Origin: the human T2T-CHM13v2.0 reference genome, Homo sapiens
Assembly (NCBI RefSeq): GCF_009914755.1
Contig: NC_060928.1
Length of the DNA: 64,000 nt
Strand: one strand, 5' to 3'
The notes under the pieces were generated by a model, which saw only the letters and a list, made by a program, of their open reading frames with translations, had not been told where the DNA came from and did no database searches. Made by a program: the position numbers and the translations under genes. Positions 39,870-57,306 of this stretch are shown here, one piece after another. Each line of letters begins with the position of its first letter. Positions within the stretch are counted from its first letter, which is position 1.

Positions 39870-41501
39870 ATCAGTGAACAAATGCATACATTTATTAACT
39901 TCCCCCAGTTAGTCATTGAAAATGTATTGAGTCCTAAGTGATGTGCCTAGCACTGTGCAATAGTTTTTATTGTGTAGGCTACAAGAAGAATACAAACTTA
40001 TAATTGCTTTTACAATGCTACCAGTTGGAAATTGTACTTTGTTTGGTTGGTTGCTTTATTTTTCTCTCTTTCTTTCTTTCTCTCTTTTCTTTCTTTCTTC
40101 TTTCTTTCTTTCTTTCTACTTTATTCTTTTTGATTTATCTCTTTTAACTTATAAATGGCCATGTATATTTATAACCCTGATTTCAGCCTTCATCGAGTTA
40201 TCAATCCCTAGTAGAGAATTAAAATTAACGATAAAGAAGTACTCCTATTTATTTCAGGGATTTTTGCATGCATCCCTGAATATGTTTGGTGAATAAAGTG
40301 GCATGATATACCAAATTTATTTGAGGAGTCAGAAGGCTTGTGAGAAAAGACCAAGAAAACAAACACATACAAATAGATAAATGAAAACTTTCAACCTGTT
40401 TCTATCATTAAAATTCAGATATATCTCAAAATAGAGAAAACTCTTGGGGTGACTGGACACATGCCTATTTTTCAAGGGGAATAACAGGTTTATGAGAAGC
40501 AACTCATTCTGAGAAAAGAGAGATAATGATCCTGACCTAATAACAAAGGCTTAGTCATTGATGAAGAGTAGAGAGTTTGAATACAGGGAAGTGACTGCTA
40601 TTGAAATCCATTTTTAACCCAACCTCTTGGCCTTACCTTTGGCACAAAGTGAGAGGGCTGAAAGCAACCCAAAAATGTTTATTTATTTTTGTAAAAGACG
40701 ATGTAGTAAGTAATTGAGCATACCTAACAATATTTAGCATATTCTTATGCTGGTTAATAAGCATATTGTTATCTGGTTAATTATTCATTAAATTTATATG
40801 AATAGACAAGAATGACTAATATCAGGTAGTATTAACTATTTTTTTCTGGAATTTATTATAATTAAGTGTGATGGAAATAGTCTATCTAGATTAATTCATC
40901 CATATAGTTAACAGATATTTTCAGAGTTCTGCAATGTGTCAAGCTCTGAGACAGGTTTTACAGTCTCGATAATTTTTTAAAAAATGAAGAGTTAAATCAT
41001 TACAAAACTTCCATTAAATACAGAAAACACACAGATATTCAAGAGAGACTTACAGGGTCTTTTCCACTTATACAAAAAAAATGAAGTAACTTCTAAGTCA
41101 GATCCTGAGGAAGAATTAATATCTGGCCATGGAAAACAATAGGGACCACTGATAAAATACTTCTGGCAAGAAAATAAAAGAAAAAAGAAAGAGAAAACAC
41201 TATATATTAAGCACCTTAAGGAGAGAAATACCATGAGCAAAACAAAAATTTAAACATGTTATTTGTAATAGCAAAGTGATTAGTGTCACACACACATGCA
41301 CACAGACAGAAAGCGTTACATGTTTTTGAATGTACAAGCTAAACACTGATGCAACTATATACTGAGAAAAGTTGATATATCTGAATTGTGTAAGAGATAT
41401 TCAGGAGTTTAGCTTTCTATGCTACAATTAATGACAGCTCTTTAACCTCAATGTCATAGAAGAGATTTCTTTGATGTATAACACTAGCAAAAGATTCGAT
41501 C

Positions 41502-41542
<41 letters not shown>

Positions 41543-41552
41543 AGTAGATAGA
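41502..41552. repeat. (GATA)n tetranucleotide STR
   Basis: About 10 perfect units plus decay. Confidence 0.95.
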
Positions 41553-44500
41553 TACATAGGCCCACTGCATTTTTTCATTTTCTTCCCATTAAGTATTTTC
41601 TACTTTTGTATGCCTAGTGAGTACTGATGGTGTAGCTAGAAACAAGAGCTCACAACTTTCCTATAGTAAACATCTCTTGAAGTACCAGCACAAAGAGCAA
41701 GATCCATTTCTCAGAGAACTAAGCTGCTGCATGTGTCTATGTGTGTGACTTTTGACTCTGCCCCTAATCACAGTATAATGACCAGAAGTGGATCCCTGAC
41801 ACACACAGTGCCAATTAGATTATTTCTCCCTGGAATTTGGATTCAGAGACATCTGACAGTTTGCTATCTTTCGATCTCTCAAAATGAAACTTGCATTCTA
41901 TGAATCTTTATGCACTAAAAATCTCCCACATTTTAAAGAAGAATTTACTCTTATTTAGCAAACAGTTAAATTGTGCTCATGGTGTGTCAGTTCATATTCT
42001 AAGTAAGCATGTGGAGAATAGAAATAAGAGATAAGAAAACATCCCAGCCCAGAGGAAAAAAAAAGGAAATGGCATGGATAGCTGTTTGACTTCTTCAAAT
42101 TTTCAATTTCAGTGCCTAGTTTCTCCTAAGGCCTGAATGTGCCAAATAAATATTCTGCCTTTGTTTTCAGTAAGATAACTTTTATGTTTGTAATAAAGCT
42201 CTTTAAAATGCATGAAATGTATTTATTTATTTATTTAAACTTTTTTTGGTATTACAACAATGTCTAAAACTGACCCTAAAATAACTCTGGACAGGTGGAA
42301 AAGCACTGTTCTTTACATATTATCTGTCATTTTTGAGAAATTTTAAAAATTATACAATTACTATATTAATAATTTAGTTGTTTTGGCAAATTATCAAAGA
42401 AGAATTTGCTCCTAATTCAATATTTACTTAGGAAGCTGACTTTCCTTTTTTAAAATCACCTTAAAGTGATATGAACTAGTACTTGGGGATAATAAAATAT
42501 GATTCTAAATTACAATTCCCAAAACCTTATTTATGCCTCAACATCCTTAAGAGTGCTACTTCTCTATTTATAAAAAGTGGTACGTAAATACTACTTTACA
42601 TTCTGCATCATCATCATATAATTATAAAATGTTTAATATAAAATAAATTTATAATCTGGAAATAGCTATTATTTGGAAAAGTTAGAGTAAAAAGTGATGA
42701 TGAAATATTTAATTGTGGAGGTTTCTGAATTTAGTTTTTATGTGACAATTTTCTTAGTCCTTACATACTGAAAGCTTTTCACATATTGTCTGAAATCTTC
42801 ACTTTTTTTTTTTTACATTTTACAGAATAGAAAATAAAGCCAAGAGATTCTCAGTAAATTACTCAAGTCCACATAAAATTTAACTTGACTTCAGATTTCA
42901 TAGTATAAATTTCTTCATTGTGCTATCCTGGCTTGTGAGGAATTATGGCTATTTCTTAGTGAAAATAATAGTTAATACGAAAAAAACCTTACATAGGTAT
43001 AACTACTTATGGTTTATATAAATATCTTTACAACATTCTCTTGTTTAAAATAACTTCAATAACATTCTTGTTTACTAAATGTAAAAAGAAGGTTTTTTTT
43101 TTTAATTTACTCATATGGAACAAATAATTTCTAAGGAGCAGTGGAATTCAAAGCACATTTATTAGACACTAACCACAGACCAAAATTCTGAAAACTCAGT
43201 AAGCAAACTAACATTAGGCAAGTTAAGTCTTCTGAAAAGCACGGGTCATGCAGAAAGAAGCATAAAACCTGAATAAACCACTCCAAAAAGTTTGGTTTGC
43301 TATTAAGAAGGGAGGTGAAAGAAAGGTCTTATACATATTTTGTTTGTTGTTTTTATTGATGGGAAATATTTTGGAGTAAAGAAAAATGCTCAATGTAAGA
43401 TAGTATTGCACAGATAGTATAGCTTTATTAAGTTTTAGTGACCATACATTAAGAAAACAATAACAAAAACAGGGATTCCGATTTGTAATTACTTTAGCTG
43501 CAAATACACATTTAACAATTAAGAATCACAGACCAAAAAAAGTTGCATTTCATCCTTCTACACAGAGTTATCTTAGGCATTCTCTTTGGCAGTCTATGCC
43601 CACTCTGATACATTATATAGGCACAGATTCTCTGTTACAAGCCACAAAGGAACTTGGCAGTCCTGAATATCATGATCAACAGCCATGAATTCACTCATGC
43701 TCCGCTCTGTATAGACAGATCCATTAATCCCATATACCCTCGGATGGATTTATCTGTACTCAATTTGGTTAAAAGCCACCAGCACCTCCTTTTAAAACAC
43801 TCTTCCAGAATTTTTCTTCTTTATTGCAGTCTTTCCTATTTTTGATCACTGCATATGTTTTCAACATTTCATTTTTCCGCTCCATTGTATTCCATTTATA
43901 TTTCATTATGTTTCTTATTGGTCCAACATATCACCATGTCATGTCAACTATTTCCTATAATAGTTTCATTCTGACCTTTATTGACGTGTCAGTTTTATGC
44001 TTTGTACTTTAATCAATATCTATTCAGAAATGATTTACTTTTGTTCAATGAATGGCTTTGGTGTATAGAAATTTTGTCATTCTTTATTACAACAAACTCT
44101 GATTGCATGTACCTATTTTTCTGGATGTCAGCTTTCTATCACTGTTCAAGATGTATCTTATTTTACATCTCTTCAGACAATAATTTTAAATATAATAATA
44201 TGCCTGCCTTCCTACAGAATACTATTTCAACAGCTAACATATTTTAAAAGCTTTCACCCTGGATTTACAAAGTTTAAATAAATTTCTGAAATAGCTCTAG
44301 AGTAGAAAAGGCATCTTAGAAAATAGTCTTAAGGAGAGATTTTCAGTTGAACTTTTTTCTTTATGAAAAATATATTTTGTCAAATATTGCTACCATTTAT
44401 AGTAATTGAATAAAATTTTATTAGTAATGAATTAAAACATTGGCTACTAACCAATTATATAGAGAGAAATTTTACTCCTTGTCTTTAATAACTTAAAGTG

Positions 44501-44829
44501 TTTAGATAGAATCCAACATTTTCTAATGCTATAACTAATCATAAATTTTTATGAAGTTCAGTAGAAAAGTGTCATGCAAAAACATTAAACTGTATTATTC
44601 CCTTCTTTTGATTTCCCTCTTATTACTATCCCTTTAAATGTTAAACTGTATCTACCTATTAGTTATTCATAAATTATACGATATAAGTGTATATACTACG
44701 TCATTCTTTGAGGATTTATGATACTGACATTGATTATCCTCCCAAGGCTGAGAAAAATCTTGTATCTTTTCAGGTAATGTTTAACCTCAATCCCTGACAA
44801 AGTTGATACTCACACAAGAGCTCTGGGAA

Positions 44830-45035
44830 TAAAAGGGAACATGGTAATTTAGAATTCGAGAGACCTGCCTGTGATGGTCAGAGCATTCTCTTACTAGTTA
44901 TGTGACATGAGACATATTATGTAACCTTGATGATCATCTGTTTTTTACCTACAAACTAGTTTCATTGATAAACAAAGATCCTCCCTCACTGATATTTGTA
45001 AAATTAAAAGAGATAATGTTTGCCATACACTTAAA
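44830..45035 (+). mobile_element. MIR
   Basis: agacctgcct...ttactagttatgtgac...gtaaaattaaaagagataatgt. Confidence 0.55.
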
Positions 45036-47937
45036 TTTGCATACGATGAGCATGCATGAAATCATTGTTGTTTTTATTGTTCTTGCAAAGAAATGGAAAG
45101 AGATCAATGGGGGGTGATGCTGAGTGGGGAACAGTAAAATTCCAAAGCCCTGCATCACCACCTTGAAAATCACAGAAAGAATAGGAAATAATCCAAATGC
45201 TGCTGCAGTAACCAGTAAATGGTAAGAGGAAAAGAAATGAATTATAGCTGATCATCCCTCTTCTCAGGTGTATAGAGAGACTTTAATAATAGAGACATGA
45301 GGTGACACTGGAGAATATTTTTGATATTCCCACTAGCTAAAAACAAATTATGTAATTTTAAATTTAAGTATCTACAGACATATCTTGGAGATATGGTTTG
45401 GTTCCAGACCACAATGTTAAAGCAAATATTGCAATGTAGCAAGTCTATTAAAAACACCTTATGGATTAAAAATGCTAATGATAATCTAAGCCTTCAGCAA
45501 GTATTAATCTTTTCACTGGTGGAGGGTTTTGTCTCAATATTGCTGGCTGCTAACTGATCAGGGTGGTGGTTGCTGAAGGTTGTCGTGGCTGTGCCAATTT
45601 CTTAAAATATAAGACAACAATGAAGTTTTCTGATCCACTGATTCTTCCTTTTATGAAATATATATTTGTAGCATCAAATGCAGTTTCACAGCACTAGACT
45701 TACAGTAGAACTTCTTTCGAAGTTGGAGTCAATCATCTCAAACCCTCCTGCTGATTTGTCATCTAAGTTTAGGTAATATTCTAAGTCCTTTCTTGTCATT
45801 TCAACAATTTTACACCATCTTCACCAGGAGTAGATTTCATCTCAAGAAACCACTTTATTGGCTCATCTATAAGAAGCAATTCTTTGAGATGGGGACAATA
45901 TAGCCAAATAGATGCAGCCAGAAAGCAGCATTCTCATGGAAAAGAGACTAAAATTGAGCAAAGCAACATTTTAAAAACACGTCTTTGGAGAAAGAAAACC
46001 AAGAATCATTACAAAGACAATGTAGACACTGAGGCTGAAGAAGAGGGAGGAAGCTGAGAACCCTGCACGGGGTTGCCAAATGTCAGGGTTAGTATCCATT
46101 CCCGAACTCCTCCTAGGGAACTTGTGTGCGATGGAATGGTGGGTCAGCTCTCTCTCTCCATAAACCTCTGGGATCCTAATTTCAAGAGATTCCACATCCC
46201 CTATGGACACTTCAGCTGACAGAGGAGTCTGCCTAAAGAGTAAGCAGAGACAGAATTTCAGCCCGTGCTAAGCCAAAGGATTTTTGTGCACAGGGCAGTC
46301 GCAGCGAACAGGGCCATAGGCACCCATCCCCCCAGGCTCCCCATTTTCCTCTGAGTTGCTCTTACCTCAAAATACTGAGAGCCCAAAAGACAGCACGGCT
46401 GATTTTCCTACAAGAGAGCATGGATGATTTTCCTGCAGAATTGGAGCACATTTGTTTTTCAAGCCCTCCTGCCTGCTAGCCTCTCCCAAAGCCCCTGCCT
46501 GGCCACTCCTGCAGGAGCATGTGTACAGCAGTTTCCACTGCCCAGCCTTGGTGCATCACTGGCATCCCCAACTCACCAATTTCTGATGGCCTGATATTAT
46601 TTCTGACACTTAAATGCAGTCGGTGCCCAACCCCAAGGGATAGGAGACTGGAGCTGCTGGCCAGTCCCAGTTTCCCAGGGCTGCACGCAAGGAGTGCCTT
46701 GCAGACACTGGTGTCCAGCACTCAAGCAGGGGAGAAGCCCCCACTCTCAGAACACTCAGAGGGGTCAGAAATGTAGGCTCATGGGCTGGCACAGAAGCAG
46801 GGTGTGCCTTACTTTACAGAACCTGTCTGGGAAGGGTATCGCCTATCTGCTAGCTATAGCTTCTGCTCAAGAGAGCCTCAGAGCGTGGAACACCTAACAG
46901 AGGAATGCGGGCATGGCACAAGTGATTTGAGAGGGCTCCCCAAAGACACAGGAGCGAAGTTAGTGATGGAGTCATCTCTCCCCCGACCCAGCACTGTGAA
47001 CATGCTGAAATAGAAAAGAGCCATGCAGCTGAGCCAGGGACTATCTGATGGCAATTACTCTTAAGTGCCATCCACTGGTTTGAATCCCAAATTACAACAC
47101 CAAAAATATTGTGAAATATTCAAAATGTATGACACTCAGGGCAAAAATTCACCTGCAAATAAAAATCCTGTACAGAGTTTTGGCCCTCTGAAAACATCCA
47201 GAAATGAAGCCAATCGACTATACTCAACACGCACAACAATTAAAAGAATACTAACCCTCTCAGATGAGAAAGAATCAGTGTAAGGACTGTCAATTCAAAC
47301 AATCAGAGTGTCCCCTTAACTCCAAATGAGCGCAGTAGCTCCCAAGCAATAGTTCTTAGCCACGTTGGAAATGACTGAAATAACAGACATATAATTCAGA
47401 ATCTGGATGGCATGGAAGCTTATCAAGATTCTAGAGAAAGTTGAAATCCAATCCGAGGAATTCAAGGAAACTAATAAAATGATCCAAGAGCTCAGAGACA
47501 AAATAGCCATTTTAAGAAAGAACCAAACTAATCTTTTGGAAATAAAAAATATCACTACACTTATTTTATAATACAATTGTAAGTATTACAAGCAGAATAG
47601 ATCTAACTGAGGAAAGACTCTCATAACTTGAAGACCAGTTTTTCAAATAAACTCAGTTAGACAAAATGTAGGAAAAAAAACCTTAAAAAGTTAATAAAAC
47701 CTCTGGGAAATATGGAATTATGTAGAGACCAAATCTATGATTCATTAGTATTCCTGAGAGAGAAGAGATGGTAAGCAACTTGGAAAATAAATATGAGGAT
47801 ACAGTCCATGAAAACTTCACCAATCTCATTGGAGAGGTTTACATGGAAATTTAAAAAATACAGAGAGACCAAGGAAGATACTATACAAGATCACCATCCC
47901 CAAGGCACATAGTAATCAGATTCAGCAAGGTCAGTTT

Positions 47938-48215
47938 GAAAAAAGAAAAGAAAGAAAAGAAAAGGAAAGAAAAGAAAAGAAAAGAAAGAAAGAAAGAAAG
48001 AAAGAGAAAGAAAGAAAGGAAGGAAGGAAGGAAAAGAAAGAAAAGAAAAAAGAAAGGAAAGGAAACAAAGAAAGAAAAGAAAGAAAGGAAGAAAGAAAGA
48101 AGGAAAGAAAGAAAAAGAGAAAAAGAAAAGAAAAAGGAAAAAAGGAAAGGAAACAAAGAAAGAAAAGAAAGGAAAGAAGGCAAGAAAGAAAGGAAGAAAG
48201 AAAGAAAGAAAAGAA
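47938..48215 (+). repeat. GA-rich polypurine tract, (GAAA)n/(GAAAA)n/(GGAA)n mosaic
   Basis: About 278 bp with no T and only three C. Confidence 0.97.
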
Positions 48216-51200
48216 GTTATTTGGAAGGGTCAGGGAAACCCATCTGGCTAGCAGCAGACCTCTCAGCAGAAGTCTTATGAGCCAGAAGAGATTGGGGGCC
48301 TATTTTCGGCATCCTTAAAGAAAAGAAATTTCAACCAATAATTGTATATCCTGTTAAACTAAGCTTCATTAGTGAAGGAGAAATAAAATTATTCTCAGAC
48401 AAGCAAATGTTAAGGAAATTCATTACCACTAGACTGGTCTTATAAGAGGTTCAAGTCTACAAAACAACTAACTAACAACAAGATGATAATATCAAAATTT
48501 CACACAGCAATACTAACTCTGAATTTAAGTTATCTAAACCCCCCAAGTAAAAGGCATAGAGGGCTGGATAAAAACACAAGACCCAGTTGCCTGCTCCCTT
48601 TAAGAGACCTGTCTCACATGTAAGAATACCAACAAGCTCCAAGTAAAGGGATAAAGATCTACCATGCAAACAGAGCAAAAAATAAGAGCAGGAGTTGCAA
48701 TTCTAATACCAGATAAAACAGACCTTAAATCAACAAAGAAGGGCATTACATAATGAGAAAGGGTTCACTTCAACAAGAAGTGTCATAAATATATACACCC
48801 GCAATATTGGGGCACCCAGATTCATAAAACAAGTTGTTCCTGACCTATGACAAGATATATAAAGCTACATAATAATAGTGGGAGACTTCAACAACATATT
48901 GACAGCATTAGACAGATCATCAAGGTAAATGCTAACAAAGAAATTCTGGGCTTAAACTCAAACTTTGACCAATGGGACATATTAGACATTTATAGAGTAC
49001 TCCATCCAACAGTGACAGAGTATATATTCTTCTAATTTGCACATGGAAGATAGTCTAAGATTGACCACATGCTCAGTCATAAAGCAAATCTCAATAAAAT
49101 TCAAAAAAACTGAAATCATACAAAGCACACTGTCAGAACACAGTGCAATAAATATAGATATCAATACTAAGATATCTCACTACTACACAAATACATGGAA
49201 GGTAAACACCTTACTCCTAAACTCTGGTGAACAGCAAAATTATAGCAGAAATTTCAAAAATTTTTAAAATTAAGAAAAATAGAGACAAAACTTGTACAGT
49301 TTTTAGGATATTCTAAAGCAGTGCCAAGCGGAAAGTTTATAGCCCTAAATGACTTCATAAAAAAATTAGAAATAGCTCAAATTAACAATCTAACCTTGTA
49401 CTTAGAGGAACTAGAAAAAAAAAAAAGAAAAGGAAAAAGAAAAAAAAGACCAAACCAACCCTGGAGGAAACAGAAGAAAATACATAACTAAAATAAGAGG
49501 ATTGAATGAAATTTATATGTAAAATTCCATATAAAAATCAATGAAACCAAGAGCTCGTTATTGAAAAGAATAAACAAGAGCAATAGACCACTACATAGAT
49601 TAACAAAGAAAACACAAAGAGAAAATCCAACTGAGCACAATCAGAAATGATAAAGATGACATTACAACCAATTCCACAGAAATTCAAAAGGTCCTTAGAA
49701 GCTATTATGAACACACTTACACACACAAATTAGAAAACCTGGAAGAAACTGATAAATTCCTGGAAACATGCAATCACTCAAGATTGAAACAAAAAGAAAG
49801 TGAAAACATTAACAGACCAAAAACAAGTTTTTAAATTGAATCAGTAACAAAAACACTTACCAAACAAAAAAAGACCTGGGTCAGATGAATTCACAATTGT
49901 ATTCTACCTGATATACAATGAAAAATTCCTACCAATCCTACTGAAACTATTCCAAGAAATTGAAGAGTAGAGGCTTCTCCCTAACTCGTTCTATGAAGCC
50001 AGCATCAGCCTGATACCAAAATTTGGCATAGACACAGTGAAAAAACAAACTTATGGTCAATATTCCCGATGAACATAGATGCAAAAATCCTCACAAAAAA
50101 CTAAGAAAACTAAATATAGTAACACATCAAAAAGTTAATTCATCATGATCAAGTAGACTTTATTCCTGGGGTGCAAGGTTAGTACAGCATACACAAATCA
50201 ATAACATGATTTGTTACATAAATAGAATTAAAAACAAAACCCATATGATCATCTTGATAGATGCAGAAAAAGTTTTTTATAAAATCAAACTTCCATTCAT
50301 GATTTTAAAAACCCTCAAGAAACTAGGTATCAAAGGAAAACATATCAAAATTATAAGAGTCATCTATGACAAATTCATAGCCAACATCAAACTGAATGGG
50401 CAAAGGCTGGAACCACTCCCCTTGAGAACTGGAACTTGGCAGGGATGCCCATTCTCACCACTTAACATAGTACTGGAAGTCCTAGCCAAAGCAATCAGGG
50501 AAGAGAATAAAGTAAAAGGTATCAAATTAGAAAAAGAAGAAATCAAATATCTCTCTTTGCTTATGATATAATTCTTTACATAGTAAACTCTAAAGACTAT
50601 ACCAAAAAACATCTAGAAGTGATAAATAACTTCAATGAAGTTTCAAGATACAGAATCACTGTAGAAAAATTAGTACTATTTATATATACAACAACAATGT
50701 TCTAACTGAGAGCCAAAACAAGAAGTAAATCCCACTTACCATAGCCAAAAAAACAGTGAAGTACCTAGGAATATATCTGAAGATCTTTGCAAGGAGAACT
50801 AAAAAACACTGCTGAAAGAAATCAGAGATTACACAAATAAATGGAAAAACATTCCAAGCTCATAGATTGGAAGATTCAGCATCATTAAAATGGTCATACT
50901 GCTCAAAACAACTTGCAGATTCACCACTCATTCTCTCAAACTGCCAATGTAATTTGTCATAGAATTAGGAAAAAAAAAACTATTCTAACATTCATATGGA
51001 ACAACAAAAAAAAAAAACCTGAATACCCAAAGCATTCCTGAGGAAAAAGAACAAAGCCAGAGGCATCACATTCCCCATCTTCAAACTATACTATAAGGCT
51101 ACAGTAGTCATAACAGCATGAAACTGGTTCAAAAACAGACAAATAGACCAATGGAATATATAACCCAGAAATAAAGTCCACACACACAACCATCTCATCT

Positions 51201-51339
51201 TCAAAAAAGTCTACAGAAATAAGCAATGGGGAAAGGATTTTCTGTTCAATAAATGGTGCTGGGACAGCTAGCTAGCCATATGCAGAAGAATAAAATTGGC
51301 CCCCTACCTTTTACCATATACAACAATCAACTCAAGATG

Positions 51340-51695
<356 letters not shown>

Positions 51696-52848
51696 TCAAA
51701 CTATAAAAATCCTAGAAGAAAACCAAGGAAATAGCTTTCCTGAGATTGGCCTTGGCAAATAATTTTATCCAAGTCCCCAAAAGCAATTCCAGTAAAATAA
51801 AGGGAACTACCTACGCTAAAAAGCTTCAGCACAGCAAAAAAATTATCAGCAGTGTAAACAGACAGCCTACAAAATGGGAGAAAATACTCTCAAACTACAT
51901 ATCTGACAGCAGTCTAATATGCAGAGTTTATAAGGAACTTAAACAAATCAATAAGTAAAACATATAACCCCATTAAACATAAGCAAAGGACATGAACAGA
52001 CACCTCTCAAAAGAAGATATACAAGTGGTCAACAACAAGCATAAATGCTCAACATCAGTAATCATTAGAGGAATGCAAATAAAAAAACCACAGTAAAAGA
52101 GGATTACACGCCAGTCAGAATAGTTATTAATAATTCAAAAAATAACAGCTGCTGAGCAACTGCAGAAAAATGGAAATGCTTTTATATTGTTGGTGGAAAT
52201 TTAAATTAGTTCAGCCGTGATAGAAAGATTTCTCAAAGAACTAAAAACAGAACTACCATTAGACCCAGTAATCCTACTACTGGGTGTATAAACAAAAGGA
52301 AACTTAATTGTTTTACAAAAACCACACATGCATGCATATGTTCATCATAGGACTATTTACAATAAAAAAATCGAATCAATCTAGGTGCCCATCACCAATG
52401 AATTGAATGAAGAAAATGTGGTACATATACACCATGGAATACTATGCAGCCATAAAAAGAACAAATTATGTCCTTTGCAGCAACATGGTTAGAGCTGAAG
52501 GTCATTATCCTAAGTAAATTCATACAGGAATAGAACACCAAACACAATATTTTCATCTGTGAGATGAAACATTGTGGGAGCTAAACTTTGAGTACACATG
52601 GACATAAAAATGGGAACAATAAACACTGGGGACTAATAGAGTAGGGAGGGAGGGAGATGAACACGGGCCAAAAAACTACTTGTTGGTTATTATGCTTACT
52701 ACCTGGATGAGGGAATCCTAAACCTCAGCATCACACCATCCACCCATGTAGCAAATCTGCACTTGTACCCCCTGAATATAAATGTTGAAATTATTTTAAA
52801 ACATCAAATCTTTATTCATTCAAGTTTTATCATAAAATTATAGCAATT

Positions 52849-53261
<413 letters not shown>

Positions 53262-53553
53262 TCATCCATGAGGTTTGGGATCAACTTCTTCAAAACTCCT
53301 GTTGATTTTGTTATTTTAACTTTTGTCCAGATCCACCAGAGGAATCACTATCTATGGCAGATATAGCTTTACAAAATGCATTTCTTTAATGAGAATTGAA
53401 AGTCAAAATTACTTTAAGATTCATAGGCTGCGGAATGGATGCTGTGTTAATAGGAATAAGAATAGCATTAATCTCCTTATATATCTTCGTCGGAGCTCTT
53501 GGGTGGCTAGGTGCCTTGTCAATGAACAGTAATATTTTGAAATAATTCTTTTT

Positions 53554-54694
<1,141 letters not shown>

Positions 54695-55380
54695 TAAGTA
54701 GTAGGTCCAACAGCGGGCTTAAAATATTCAGAAATCCATGCTGTAAACGAATGTGCTATCATTCAAGCTTTACTGTTCCATTTTTAGGGCACAGGTAGAG
54801 TAGCTTTAGCATAATTTTTGAAGGTCCTAAGATTTTTGGAATAGTACATGAATATTGAGTTGAACTTAAATCACCAGTTACATTAGCCCCTAACAAGAGA
54901 GTCAGCCTGTCTTTTAAAGCTTTGAAGCCAGGTATTGACTTTTCCTCTTTCGCTATGAAAGTACAAGATGACAGACATCTCCTTCCAATTGACGGCTGTT
55001 TTACTTACATTGAAAATCTGTTGTTTAGTGTAGCCACCTTAATCAATTGTCTTAGCTGGATCTTCTGGATAACTTGCTGCAACTTCTACATTAGCACTTA
55101 TTGCTCTGGCTTGTACTTTTCTGTTTTCCATATGGCTTCTTTCTCTAAATCTCATAAACTATCCTCTGCTAGCTTCCAATGATTCCTCTGCAGCTTCCAA
55201 ACTTTTGTCACCCTTCACAAAATAGAAGAGAGTTAAGGCCTTGCTTTGGATTAGGCTTTTCCTTAAGGGAATGTTGTGAATGGTTTGATCTTCTAGCCAG
55301 ACCACTCAAACTTTCCCCATATCAGCAATGAGGCTGTTTCATTTTCTTATTATTTGTGTGTTTACTGTAGTACCACTTTT

Positions 55381-55662
55381 TAACATTTTTTTTGAGACAC
55401 AGCCTTGCTGTATTACACAGGCTGGAGCTCAGAGGCCCGATCACAGCTCACTGAAGCCTCAACCTCCCTGGCTCAAGTGTTTCTCTCACCTCAGCCCTCC
55501 TGAGTAACTGAGACTACAGGTATGCAACACCATAGCCGGCTATTTTCTTTTTTAATTTTTTGTAGAGATGGGTATTGCCATGTTGCTCTTGCTGTTCTTG
55601 AACTCCTGGGCTCAAGTGATTCATCCTCCTTGGCCTCCCAGAGTGCTGGGATTGCAGGCATG
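55381..55662 (-). mobile_element. AluJ nested in Tigger1
   Basis: gatcacagctcactgaagcctcaacctccctggctcaag, ctgggctcaagtgat; 15-bp TSD tgtagta(c/a)cactttt at 55366-55380 and 55663-55677. Confidence 0.92.
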
Positions 55663-57306
55663 TGTAGTAACACTTTTAGTTTACTTCAAGAACATCTCCT
55701 TTGCATGCACAGCTTGGGTAACTGTCTGGTGCAAGAGGCCTAGCTTTCAGCCTATCTTTGCTTTTGACATACCTTTCTCATTAAGCTTAATCCTTTCTAG
55801 CTTTTGATGTAAAGTGAGAAATGTGCAACTCTTCCTTTAACTTGAACACTTAGAGGCTAATTATAGAATAATTAATTGACCTCATTTAAATATTTTGTCT
55901 CAGGGAATGGGGAAGTCTGAAGAGATAGAGAGAAACAGGAGAATGGACAGTTGGTGGAGGAATTAGAACACAAAAAAAATTATTAAGTTTGCCATCTTAT
56001 ATGGGTGCAGTTTGTGACACCACAAAACAATTACAATAGTAAATCCAAAGATCACTGATCACAGATCTCTATAAAAGATATAATAATAATGAAAATATTT
56101 GAAATATTGTGAGCATTAACAAAATATAATTCAGAGATATATGCTGTTGGAAACATTGTGTCAATAGACTTGCTAGATGCAGGGTTGCCACAAACCTTTA
56201 ATTTATAAAAAGCACAATATCAATAAAGCACAACAAAGTGAGTCACAGTAAGATGAGGTATGCTTGTACTTTCACGTTGGGAAATTCTGTAGATAACAAC
56301 TAAAATTTAATTAATGTTAAAAATGACATTACAGTTTATCAAAGTACAGGATACCTTGTATAATTACATCAACCTAAGATCAAAAAGCAAACTTTTGAAG
56401 ATAAATTTGAGGTGATAGTCTAGTTATGCACAGATGGGTGTTATTGAATTTGTGGTTATTTTTCATCCTCTCTGGAGGGTAAGTATTGAATGCTACATTT
56501 CTCAAATGTCAATCAATGCACTATACTACTCACATCAAGTCAAGGCTATACAACTCTCCATTCTTATAGTTCAGTTGTCTGGATTGCTCTACATTGATTT
56601 AGTGTGCTTTGAAAACTCAGGAAGGTTTTGTGATTTGGATCTTTTTATGCATTTTATGCAATCCACTCATTCATGTAAAAATATTAGCTAGAGTTACAGT
56701 GTTTTAAATTTAAGAGAGATAGAGGAAAGAAAAAAATTACCTCTGACTCTTGTTCTTTTTTAATATGCATGGCAATTTGGACAAATATTTAGAATGGTAG
56801 TTAAAGAACAAATTACTCTTCCAATGGCATTACATTACAAAACCATGAATTACATAATATGGAGTAATCATAATTTTGTGGAAATTCATTACAACAGTTT
56901 TTATCTACCTAATTATTCAAGTCAAATACTTGGAGGACATATTCAACTCTTCATCTTTCTATATCTGATAAACCATCAAATCCTACATTCTCTTTCTAAA
57001 TATCTTCCTAATACACTGTTTTCTACCAAGCTGACTATTGCATGTGCAGGACTTGGGTAAATGTTTATTTTAGGGTCTCTATTTTATAAGCAATTTGTTT
57101 TAAAAATTATTCATCAGCCTATGAAAAGTATAGTGATTTATCAATAAAGTTTTTGAAAAATGGGTAGAGAACATGTGCTTGCATATGTGTTAATTTTCTC
57201 ATTAGTCTATATACAAATTATTTGTAATAAGGCACTATATCTTTTTGTTTAGGTCCAGAAATCTTCCTTTATTTTATTTTATTTTTTTGGCAAATGTGTC
57301 TTTGTT

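Noticed and set aside
41630-42285. Possible LTR33/MLT1-like remnant; also faint MER5, L2, MIR and L1ME traces near 0.3, 7.4, 11.9, 15.0, 26.1, 26.8, 35.5, 36.3, 39.9 and 63.7 kb
   Set aside because: Too degenerate to place boundaries or family reliably by eye
47881-48280. 100-aa F/S/L-rich and 114-aa K/E/R-rich ORFs
   Set aside because: Artefacts of a stop-free polypurine tract inside a dead L1 ORF1
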